Source: a virus
Virus record (IMG/VR): IMGVR_UViG_3300045988_066341
Length of the DNA stretch: 64,000 bases
Strand: one strand, 5' to 3'
A program made the translations under genes and the position numbers. The notes beneath the pieces were generated by a model, which did no database searches, was not told the DNA's origin, and saw nothing but the letters and a program-made list of their open reading frames with translations. Positions 47,976 through 55,282 of this stretch are shown in pieces. The first letter of the stretch is position 1. Each line of letters opens with the position of its first letter.

Positions 47976-48279
47976 GATCTTGTTTTTCTTGTTAACGTTA
48001 TTTACCTTAGCGGTTGTCGGATGCAGTACGTCAAGAACCTATTATACGGAATATGATACTACTGACATATCTTATGTAGTGGATTCTATAGTGTCTTCCG
48101 GGACCGTGATGGGCCAATGGAAGGAGTGGCGGTTTACGCTGGACGACGGCCGGGTCGATAACTTTGGCTTTACCGCCCTGTACGACGCCAAGGGAAAGGC
48201 TAGAGGGTCTATACAGGTAAGGCAAAGATCCGATACGTTTAATATCAAGATAATTGATTACCATAAAAAAGATAAGTAA
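47968..48279 (+). CDS. Small lipoprotein
   Basis: GTG start at 47968 gives MNKILFFLLTLFTLAVVGC with a lipobox (VVGC). The longer track start at 47908 overlaps the previous gene. Confidence 0.5.
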   Translation: MNKILFFLLTLFTLAVVGCSTSRTYYTEYDTTDISYVVDSIVSSGTVMGQWKEWRFTLDDGRVDNFGFTALYDAKGKARGSIQVRQRSDTFNIKIIDYHKKDK

Positions 48280-48878
48280 TGGAATACGGACTAGGTTACA
48301 TACCATCGCCAGCAGATGATAGGGACGCTATTATGAATATGCAGCATGAGGCTGTCCCTGATGAGTATAAGGTCAATAACGTTGATAGCGTAGTGGATCA
48401 AGGTTCTTCCCCTATTTGCGCGGCAATAAGCTTGGCTGAGATACTTAATTGGAGAAAGAGTATAAGGGCTATTAAAAGACCGGCTAAGATCTCTCCCTAC
48501 GATATATATGATCTGAGAGAGGATAAGGATCAAGACGGGATGGTTCTTCGTGACGCTATCAAGTCTATCAAGAACGTAGGCGTAGATGGGGAGAAAATAA
48601 ACAGTTACGCTAGGATCATAGATCCGGTATCGGCTAAGGTAGCTTTGATGCTGAATGGGCCTCTGGTTATAGGTCTGTATTGCTATAATTATGGTAATCG
48701 ATTCTGGCAAGGCCAAGGGCAGAACTTGGGAGGTCATGCCGTTATCCTCACCGGCTGGGACAAGGCCGGCTTCGTCCTGCAGAACAGTTGGGGGACGGGA
48801 TGGGGTAGGTCTGGCGTGGAGACGTTCCCGTTCGAGGATTGGTGCTATATGCTAGAATGTTGGACAATAGTTTCATAA
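48279..48878 (+). CDS. Papain-like (C1 family) cysteine peptidase
   Basis: QGSSPICAAIS (Gln plus catalytic Cys region) and GGHAVILTGWD..FVLQNSWGTGWG (His and Asn/Trp region). Confidence 0.7.
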   Translation: MEYGLGYIPSPADDRDAIMNMQHEAVPDEYKVNNVDSVVDQGSSPICAAISLAEILNWRKSIRAIKRPAKISPYDIYDLREDKDQDGMVLRDAIKSIKNVGVDGEKINSYARIIDPVSAKVALMLNGPLVIGLYCYNYGNRFWQGQGQNLGGHAVILTGWDKAGFVLQNSWGTGWGRSGVETFPFEDWCYMLECWTIVS

Positions 48879-48945
48879 AGTTACTATATAAACTTCGAGA
48901 AATTCCTATCCACATCCTCTTGTGAAAGCCGATGTGGTGTATTTA

Positions 48946-49019
48946 GGACCCGTAGCTCAATTGGTAAGAGCAACTGGCTCATAACCAGAAGGTTGTCGGT
49001 TCAAGCCCGGCCGGGTCCA
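48946..49019 (+). tRNA. tRNA-Met (CAT); elongator type, although a lysidine-modified Ile2 tRNA cannot be excluded
   Basis: Acceptor GGACCCG/CGGGTCC. D arm GCTC-AATTGGTAA-GAGC. Anticodon loop CTCATAA. T arm GTCGG-TTCAAGC-CCGGC. 74 nt. The G1-C72 pair argues against an initiator. Confidence 0.85.
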
Positions 49020-49115
49020 CGCTATTTTTGGGGGAAAAACTAGCATAGAGTTTTGTCATTAGGTTTTTTAAAGTTTAGACGTTTGATGTCCTGGTTCGTG
49101 AGAATAAGGACATAT

Positions 49116-49187
49116 GCCCTAATAGTTCAATGGATAGAACACGTCGGTCCTAACGATGAAATTTCGGTTCGATTCCGGATTGGGGTA
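49116..49187 (+). tRNA. tRNA-Arg (CCT)
   Basis: Acceptor GCCCTAA/TTGGGGT (two G-U pairs). D arm GTTC-AATGGATA-GAAC. Anticodon stem CGTCG/CGATG with loop GTCCTAA. T arm TTCGG-TTCGATT-CCGGA. 72 nt. Confidence 0.7.
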
Positions 49188-49315
49188 CATGGTGTTTTCT
49201 TAAACATATTCCCGTAGGTCGGTAATTAACGATAACCGGTAGACAGCCTACGGGAATTAATAAAATCTTACGTGCTTAAGATCGCTTTCAGTTCTATTTT
49301 TCGTGTGTAATCTAT

Positions 49316-49342
49316 AGGAGGGTAGCACGACCCTCCTTTTTA
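49316..49342 (+). terminator. Rho-independent terminator after the tRNA cluster
   Basis: AGGAGGGT-agcacg-ACCCTCCT followed by TTTTT. Confidence 0.7.
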
Positions 49343-49357
49343 TAAATACTATTTGCT

Positions 49358-49648
49358 ATGGACATTAATCAGATAAAAACGTATCTACCATCAGGATGGG
49401 ATGTGGTTGATCTAATAGATCACGGCATAATCGATCTTGATATCATGAATGAGAAGATGATTGATGAGTATGTGGCTGTGTTGATGATAAAGTCTTATGA
49501 TAAGATTACTGAATCACATAACTTAACTACTTTCTCGTTCCATGATAAGGATATGGGTGGATTACGGAGATTGGTATCGAACGCTATAATGGCGGTTGGG
49601 TTAAGGAATAATCCTATGACAGGAGATGGGAACACGGCAATCAAATAA
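49358..49648 (+). CDS. Hypothetical protein
   Basis: 96-aa ORF. Confidence 0.5.
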   Translation: MDINQIKTYLPSGWDVVDLIDHGIIDLDIMNEKMIDEYVAVLMIKSYDKITESHNLTTFSFHDKDMGGLRRLVSNAIMAVGLRNNPMTGDGNTAIK

Positions 49649-50375
49649 AGGTGCTGAATACACTGAAAGAGGGATATTGGATATCCTTAACAGACAGTTC
49701 TTGGTATCTCCTAGATGGATTATAAACAACTTGTATGTCTATAACTGGGAGTCTGATTATCTGGCTATAACCAGATCCATGTACGCTTATGAGGTTGAGG
49801 TGAAGATCTCGTTGGCTGACTATAACAAGGATTTCGAGAAAGAGGGTAAGCACCAAGTAATGCAAGGCTGGTTCGAGGCACGGAAGCAAGCCCTATACGA
49901 GACCGGGGACTGGGTCAGGTACGGCCGCCCCAACTACTTCTACTACTGCGTGCCGGATGGGTTGGTTGATCCTAAGGACATACCTCCGTACGCAGGACTC
50001 GCTTATGTTTGTGGCAGGAATTTGAGAAAGATCAAGGACGCCCCTATCCTGCATCGTGATAAATTTGACCCCGAAGCTTATAAGATGGCAGACAAATTCT
50101 ACTACAATTGGTGGAACGAGAGACGTAAAGCCAGACAAATAGAAGGGAAGGATATGAAAGACGAATTCAGGAAAAGCATGAAAAAGGTGAAGGAGAAGAT
50201 AACCGTCGATGCCAAGATCAAGGCGATGGAGGCGTTCTGGAGCGTCTGCGATTACGCCTACTGGCCGTACGGGGGAAGAGGGGTGCCCGGAATGAGACCC
50301 AACTGTTCCGCTTGTGGCGAGGAATGTAAATTACAATGCCCGAAAGGGAAAGAATTTAAAAACAAGATAAAATGA
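49626..50375 (+). CDS. PD-(D/E)XK nuclease-like protein (MmcB-like)
   Basis: ..ESDYLAITRSMYAYEVEVKIS.ADY..D..K...x..YFYYCVP fits a D...ExK core. Cys cluster at the C-terminus. Confidence 0.45.
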   Translation: MGTRQSNKGAEYTERGILDILNRQFLVSPRWIINNLYVYNWESDYLAITRSMYAYEVEVKISLADYNKDFEKEGKHQVMQGWFEARKQALYETGDWVRYGRPNYFYYCVPDGLVDPKDIPPYAGLAYVCGRNLRKIKDAPILHRDKFDPEAYKMADKFYYNWWNERRKARQIEGKDMKDEFRKSMKKVKEKITVDAKIKAMEAFWSVCDYAYWPYGGRGVPGMRPNCSACGEECKLQCPKGKEFKNKIK

Positions 50376-50902
50376 GTAAGATTAAGGATGTATTGGCAAG
50401 AGCCATTTCATTAGCCTCAGAGCAACCTATGAGCTATAAAGAGGCAGTTGAGTTACTTGATGGTATAGATACGTGTAAGGTTAAGATATGGCTGGAAGAA
50501 GGAGCTATATTGCCTAAGTACGCCCATAAGGAGGACGCTTGCATGGATCTGTTCGTCAAGGATGTAGAACTTGACGGAGGCAGGACCATATATCATACCG
50601 GTGTACATGTAGCATTGCCGGAGGATTATGAGATGGAAATACGCCCTCGTAGTAGCATCACCAAAACAAAGTCTGTTATCCAAAACGCCCCGGGAACCGT
50701 TGACGAAGGATATAGAGGCGAGATTATGGTAGTATGTAGACGTGTGGATTGTTATGATGATCCTTCTTATTCGGTTGGGGACAAGGTAGCTCAATTGCTT
50801 ATCCGTAGGAGGGAACGTATCGTATGGGATCAGGTGAAGTCGTTGGATGACCTCGGATATACCGATAGAGGCGATGGTGGATTCGGAAGCACGGGGAGGT
50901 GA
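50372..50902 (+). CDS. dut: dUTP diphosphatase
   Basis: DACMDL, IRPRSS, GTVDEGYRGEI, VAQL, and C-terminal RGDGGFGSTG. All five dUTPase motifs are present. Confidence 0.9.
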   Translation: MSKIKDVLARAISLASEQPMSYKEAVELLDGIDTCKVKIWLEEGAILPKYAHKEDACMDLFVKDVELDGGRTIYHTGVHVALPEDYEMEIRPRSSITKTKSVIQNAPGTVDEGYRGEIMVVCRRVDCYDDPSYSVGDKVAQLLIRRRERIVWDQVKSLDDLGYTDRGDGGFGSTGR

Positions 50903-50904
50903 TC

Positions 50905-51174
50905 ATGAGCGGAAGGGTTAAGATAAAGATCAAGGATAAGAAACCTAAGATCGATGTATTTAAGGTAATAGAGAGCCGGTTTAAGAATATGAACGAGCTT
51001 CGGGATCTGATTGACATAGATCCAAGGAAAGGGCTGGTCAGGATCCGGGACGGGGCCGGATTCAGGGAGGTAGAGCGGGGCGGATGCCTGCATCGGAACT
51101 ACCTTAATTTGTTGGAGGAGGAGCTGGGAGCGAAGTTGTCAATAGATTTGCTGGATAAGTACGTAAGAAAATAA
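50905..51174 (+). CDS. Hypothetical protein
   Basis: ATG at 50905 (GTG at 50899 is also possible), preceded by GGGGAGG. Confidence 0.45.
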   Translation: MSGRVKIKIKDKKPKIDVFKVIESRFKNMNELRDLIDIDPRKGLVRIRDGAGFREVERGGCLHRNYLNLLEEELGAKLSIDLLDKYVRK

Positions 51175-51196
51175 AGTTTGTGTAATTTATAATAAG

Positions 51197-51547
51197 ATGG
51201 ATAAAATGTTCGAGAAATTAGATATGGGTAACGTATCTGATGGATATCATACCTTTAACGAGCTATACAGATACCGTATGCTTTACAATGCCGCTTTCTT
51301 CAACGAGCTGGCTAAAGGGGATGTAAAGGTCTGTAAGTCACATAAGCATTATGATGGGGAGGAATGCTTCGGTGGAGGATGGTTTATTGTAATGGCCGAA
51401 CTACCTACAGGTCAGATCTCCAATCATTATGAGAACCGGTATTGGGGGTTATTCAATATCCCTGAACTTGAAACGGCATGGAAGTGGGATGGTCATACGC
51501 CTAATGAGGCCGCTGATAGAATAGAATCTTACTTGAAATTAAAATGA
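51197..51547 (+). CDS. Conserved phage protein of unknown function
   Basis: 116 aa. ..DGYHTFNELY.YR..YNA..F..x..GWF....LPTGQISNHY....W......E....WDGHT.. is recalled as a widespread phage family of unknown role. Confidence 0.55.
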   Translation: MDKMFEKLDMGNVSDGYHTFNELYRYRMLYNAAFFNELAKGDVKVCKSHKHYDGEECFGGGWFIVMAELPTGQISNHYENRYWGLFNIPELETAWKWDGHTPNEAADRIESYLKLK

Positions 51548-51556
51548 TATCAATAT

Positions 51557-51590
51557 CTGCCCTAGGAATTGCTTAGGGCAGGTTCGTTTT
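51557..51590. terminator. Bidirectional hairpin between convergent genes
   Basis: CTGCCCTA-ggaattgct-TAGGGCAG, T-rich on the plus side. Confidence 0.5.
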
Positions 51591-51851
51591 ATATACCGAA
51601 GTGTCTACCACGATCTGGCTGTCCATATCATCAATCAACTCAATGATCTCATCCCTTATATCGTAAGAAAGCAAAATCGGGATTATGGTTAACATAAAAG
51701 ATAGTATTATCCCGAATCCTATTATGACAAGGATATCATTATACCCTATATCTAATATCGGCATGGCAAACATCATCCCTGACGTGAATATCATTACGAA
51801 CAACGTGGATATCTCATTTATCATATCCCTCTCCATTACGTCCTTTATCAT
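51573..51851 (-). CDS. Small membrane protein
   Basis: 92 aa with two hydrophobic helices. Confidence 0.5.
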   Translation of the reverse strand: MIKDVMERDMINEISTLFVMIFTSGMMFAMPILDIGYNDILVIIGFGIILSFMLTIIPILLSYDIRDEIIELIDDMDSQIVVDTSVYKTNLP

Positions 51852-52102
51852 ATCTCCTCCACTTTAGTATGATTTATTATCCTGCTGATATGACGGATAC
51901 TTAATCCCGTCCTGTCCTTTATCTTACCATATACGTAGTTCCTTGATACGACCGTAGCCAAATCACCTAACTCGTACAGTATCTCATTATACATCCTATG
52001 GATCTCGTTGTTGCGGATAACCGTACTGTCCCTTACATATATCTTCTCAACGTCATCGTCGCAGAAGAAGATCTTAAGCTTATGAAGTATGTCTCTAAAC
52101 AT
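51848..52102 (-). CDS. Small HTH-like protein (possible regulator)
   Basis: 84 aa. The C-terminal ..TGLSIRHISRIINH.. is HTH-like. TATCTTTG motif 17 nt upstream. Divergent from the MxRRR island. Confidence 0.5.
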   Translation of the reverse strand: MFRDILHKLKIFFCDDDVEKIYVRDSTVIRNNEIHRMYNEILYELGDLATVVSRNYVYGKIKDRTGLSIRHISRIINHTKVEEI

Positions 52103-52118
52103 GATTATAGTTTTGTCC

Positions 52119-52126
52119 CAAAGATA
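52119..52126 (-). promoter_or_regulatory. TATCTTTG promoter motif
   Basis: 16 nt upstream of ATG 52102. Confidence 0.5.
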
Positions 52127-52155
52127 TGAAATTTTGAGGATAAAACCAGAAGAAA

Positions 52156-52228
52156 GCCAAAAAGAACGGGAGGCGGTGGGAGGACGGGGGATGCTCGGAA
52201 GGATGGAAGCCAGCCCGTTCCCTTGGAT
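52156..52228. repeat. GC-rich element C
   Basis: GCCAAAAAGAACGGG ... CCCGTTCCCTTGGAT. The 3' half is ~75% identical to element E. Confidence 0.7.
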
Positions 52229-52310
52229 TCAGCGACATGATTCGAGAATAAATCATATATTTGTATGTACAAAATGCATAATAATATGATATTAAATAAA
52301 ATTAACTCAA

Positions 52311-52326
52311 TGGGGGGGGGTATTTT
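52311..52326 (+). promoter_or_regulatory. T-G9-TATTTT motif upstream of 52352..53026
   Basis: G9 at 52312-52320, 31 nt before the ATG. Confidence 0.5.
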
Positions 52327-52351
52327 CCGTCCTCCATAAAAACAATAGATT

Positions 52352-53026
52352 ATGTTAAGAAGAAGAATGTTAAGTCAAATGCCATTACCGCCGTCCGGTA
52401 ACGTGAATGACGCTTATTTTTACGTGGAAGCTCCATGGATAAAAGATCTATCAAAATATAATATGAATGTGGATGGATCTATGTATATGGATATTGATAA
52501 ATATAATGGTAAATATGTATTTTCCATGGGAAGAGTAGGAACCTACAATTCCTATATCAAATTTGATAATGACTCGAATATATTACCATGCCCTCAACCA
52601 GATAACGAAATATCCATAGAAGCGTTGCTCTATTTAAATACACAACAGGAAGGAAGATATTATCTCTTCGCTCCATATGGAACCCAATCTACTACACAAA
52701 GCTATTTATGTATCGGTGTTAATGTCTCATCATATGGGACTTCCCTTTTTTATACCCAAGGACGATCTGTGGCTATACAACCATATCAGTGGATACATGT
52801 AATGGCGTCGTGGAGAAATGGGTATTTAAGGGAATATATTGGAGGAGTACTGAATTATGAGGATGCGACTAATGTGATGTATACACGAAACTATCAAACA
52901 TATTATTTTAATATAGGAGGATATCCATCAGCATATAACATGGGGCTCCCGGGAATGTTTAGGTATGTAAGGATCTGGAATTATGCTAAGAACTTTGACT
53001 TGGATAAATTCGTGCCGGATACTTGA
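52352..53026 (+). CDS. LamG/concanavalin-like lectin-fold protein with MLRRRM N-terminus
   Basis: 224 aa. ..YQWIHVMASWRNGYLREYIGG...x..FRYVRIWNYA fits the LamG jelly-roll signature. Confidence 0.6.
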   Translation: MLRRRMLSQMPLPPSGNVNDAYFYVEAPWIKDLSKYNMNVDGSMYMDIDKYNGKYVFSMGRVGTYNSYIKFDNDSNILPCPQPDNEISIEALLYLNTQQEGRYYLFAPYGTQSTTQSYLCIGVNVSSYGTSLFYTQGRSVAIQPYQWIHVMASWRNGYLREYIGGVLNYEDATNVMYTRNYQTYYFNIGGYPSAYNMGLPGMFRYVRIWNYAKNFDLDKFVPDT

Positions 53027-53088
53027 TCATACGATATTAAGGTGGTGGTCGTGCCACTACCTATCTATTATTCCATAATAAAGATATA

Positions 53089-53164
53089 TACCAAGGGAAG
53101 TAGCCGGCGGAAGCCCCGATGGGTAGGCCCGGAGGGATGAAGGGAGGCCTACCTCCCTTTGGTA
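53089..53164. repeat. GC-rich element D (between convergent genes)
   Basis: TACCAAGGGAAGTAGCC ... GGCCTACCTCCCTTTGGTA. Confidence 0.75.
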
Positions 53165-53185
53165 CTACATCCTCCTCACAATATA

Positions 53186-53749
53186 TTATGATGGTACTAC
53201 AATTACTATATTTACATTATAGGTGTTATTGTAAATGCCAGTTCCAACGGCAACAGATTGGCATCCCTCACAGGCATTGGCTGTTATACAATGATTACTT
53301 GTTATAAGATGACCTTGCCAAGTTATACGATTGTTACTTGTAATCTGATTATAAAATTCAGACATGTAAGTGAAATTGATAATCTCCTCAGGATCGGTTA
53401 TCTCCGTTATAGGAGTAAATTTAGTTATCCTATTCCCGTATAACTCCGTATCAGCTAAATCACAATGCACACCAGAATTATATAGATACGTGAGAGTCCC
53501 TTTTGAAACACCTCCAGTCGTGCCTAATAAAATGTTGTACTCATATTGTTGATCCTTTGAAACTATCTGTCCACCTATTCTTATAACTTCTATCTTCTTA
53601 TTGCGATATATATCAAGATAAGATCCGTTAAAATCAGATTGATATGTATCTCCATCAATATATATATCTACAGGATTAGGACACATGCTCTTGTCTATAT
53701 TAATACGGTAGTGGATCTTACCGGAAGAAGAAGTCCTGCGCCTAAACAT
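53186..53749 (-). CDS. Hypothetical protein with MFRRR N-terminus
   Basis: 187 aa. T-G10-TATTTT motif 28 nt upstream, with AAGGAGG just before the ATG. Confidence 0.55.
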   Translation of the reverse strand: MFRRRTSSSGKIHYRINIDKSMCPNPVDIYIDGDTYQSDFNGSYLDIYRNKKIEVIRIGGQIVSKDQQYEYNILLGTTGGVSKGTLTYLYNSGVHCDLADTELYGNRITKFTPITEITDPEEIINFTYMSEFYNQITSNNRITWQGHLITSNHCITANACEGCQSVAVGTGIYNNTYNVNIVIVVPS

Positions 53750-53771
53750 ACCCCCTCCTTATCTGAGGGTT

Positions 53772-53788
53772 AAAATACCCCCCCCCCA
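53772..53788 (-). promoter_or_regulatory. T-G10-TATTTT motif upstream of 53186..53749
   Basis: C10 at 53778-53787 on the plus strand. Confidence 0.5.
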
Positions 53789-53876
53789 CGAAGTTATATG
53801 TAATATATTGATACATGATTAAATAATTTAAGTTACGTACAAATATAATAAATTATATTAGATGGGGGAGGGAAGA

Positions 53877-53952
53877 TACCAAGGAAGGGTGGCTGGCGTC
53901 ATACCCGCCGGGAAGGCTATAAGGGATGGGAGCCAGCCCCGTTCTATTGGGT
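53877..53952. repeat. GC-rich element E
   Basis: TACCAAGGAAGGGTGGCTGG ... CCAGCCCCGTTCTATTGGGT. Confidence 0.7.
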
Positions 53953-53967
53953 CAGTAGGGTGTATGA

Positions 53968-54723
53968 TCACTCGATGTCACGTACAAATCGAACAGAAGA
54001 GGTTAGGCGCTTGTATCGGGTGAATGTGCGCCCATTGTTGAATAGTACGATCCATCCGGAGTTGGAGCTATGCTCTGAACTAGACCAATAATATCTGGTA
54101 TCTAACGGCTGTCCACCAATAGCCAATAACGCGTTATTGACGCTAATTAAGTACATATATATCAATGAAAGCTGACCACATGATGGGATATACCAATCAT
54201 CATATCCTTTAGCGTCAGCACTAGCTAAGAACGTATTAAGTACATGACCGGCTGTCGCATAGGAAGTATAAGAACCGCCACCGGTAGTCACCCCTTTTAA
54301 TACATTGGAATTCGCTTTCCCATCCCAATCAGATAAAGCCCCATTCGTCCAGGAGCTAACATCATCCGGAAGATATGGAGTACCTTTGTATGAATCTTGC
54401 TCAGGTTTCAGGAAACCAAAATCATTGCTCCCGTCTACTTTGTCATAATTTGTAATGCCGGTCTGATCCGTACCATATTCACCCCAATAAAAAGAATAAG
54501 TCTTGTTAGAAGAATCGGGCAAACCGGACGTGGCTGTTTTGTAGCTTTGATTAGAATCTTCATTCTTCTCAATCATGATCTTATGATCATCATGTACAAT
54601 AGCTACGGATATACATTGATAATCCGCCTTTGACAAAGGTATTAATCTACCATCCTGTTTAACGGCATAAACGCCATTATCAACAGGGGATTTATAACTT
54701 GAATAAAATCTCCTCCTTATCAT
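53968..54723 (-). CDS. DUF1566/Lcl-C-terminal-like lectin-type protein with MIRRRF N-terminus
   Basis: 251 aa. ..DDWYIPSCGQL..x..YYWSSSE.S...W.V.F..G......K.....VRFVR matches the DUF1566 pattern (from memory). Confidence 0.6.
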   Translation of the reverse strand: MIRRRFYSSYKSPVDNGVYAVKQDGRLIPLSKADYQCISVAIVHDDHKIMIEKNEDSNQSYKTATSGLPDSSNKTYSFYWGEYGTDQTGITNYDKVDGSNDFGFLKPEQDSYKGTPYLPDDVSSWTNGALSDWDGKANSNVLKGVTTGGGSYTSYATAGHVLNTFLASADAKGYDDWYIPSCGQLSLIYMYLISVNNALLAIGGQPLDTRYYWSSSEHSSNSGWIVLFNNGRTFTRYKRLTSSVRFVRDIE

Positions 54724-54747
54724 AAGAATAAATTTTTACGAAGGATA

Positions 54748-54763
54748 TAAATACCCCCCCCCA
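54748..54763 (-). promoter_or_regulatory. T-G9-TATTTA motif upstream of 53968..54723
   Basis: C9 at 54754-54762, 30 nt before the ATG. Confidence 0.5.
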
Positions 54764-54885
54764 TCATGTATTTAACTTCTTTATTCATAATATATTATGT
54801 TTTAATTATATCGCAAATATAACAAATTAAATGAGATGGAAGGTGATATGGTTGTGAGGAAGTATGAGGGATATTCGGGGAGGAT

Positions 54886-55020
54886 GATATGCGGGACATT
54901 ATTGGAGAGATGGGGTGGGGTATGATGGGAGGGGGATATGCGGGACGGACCACCTCCCCGAAATCGGCCCGGCCGGGCTGCCGTTTTTGGACCAGCCCCC
55001 CCCCAATCCACAAAGGACGG
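54886..55020. repeat. Degenerate/composite GC-rich element F with internal C9 run
   Basis: GATATGCGGGAC occurs twice. CCCGGCCGGG palindrome at 54968-54977. CCGTTTTTGG end. C9 at 54996-55004. ATCCACAAAGGACGGGAAAC. Confidence 0.45.
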
Positions 55021-55282
55021 GAAACAAGAACGGTAAACGATCTGCGAGCCGAAAAAAGAATGATTATTTTGTGTTTAACTTGTTGATTATCAATCATATA
55101 AATCAATATTTTAATATATGTTTACATTTGATTAGATTTATTACATATAATCGTCGAATTTTTATTGCAAAATATTTGTTGGACAATAAAACATGTAGTA
55201 TATTTGCTCCTGTAAGATAACAGCATTAACAAACAAGGCGTACCAGGTGCCATTATAAGTCCTAAAGGTATAGGCAAAGTAT

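Noticed and set aside
49020-49115. A third, degenerate tRNA between tRNA-Met and tRNA-Arg
   Set aside because: Only a 7-bp stem with a 14-nt loop containing a T-loop-like GGTTCGTGA is present. No acceptor or anticodon arms could be drawn.
52156-55020. Integron-like cassettes (GC-rich hairpins acting as attC) or a DGR or retron
   Set aside because: The window contains no integrase or reverse transcriptase. The element ends (CCAAGG/CCTTGG) do not match the attC R''/R' consensus (RYYYAAC/GTTRRRY). No template/variable repeat pair differing at adenines was noticed.
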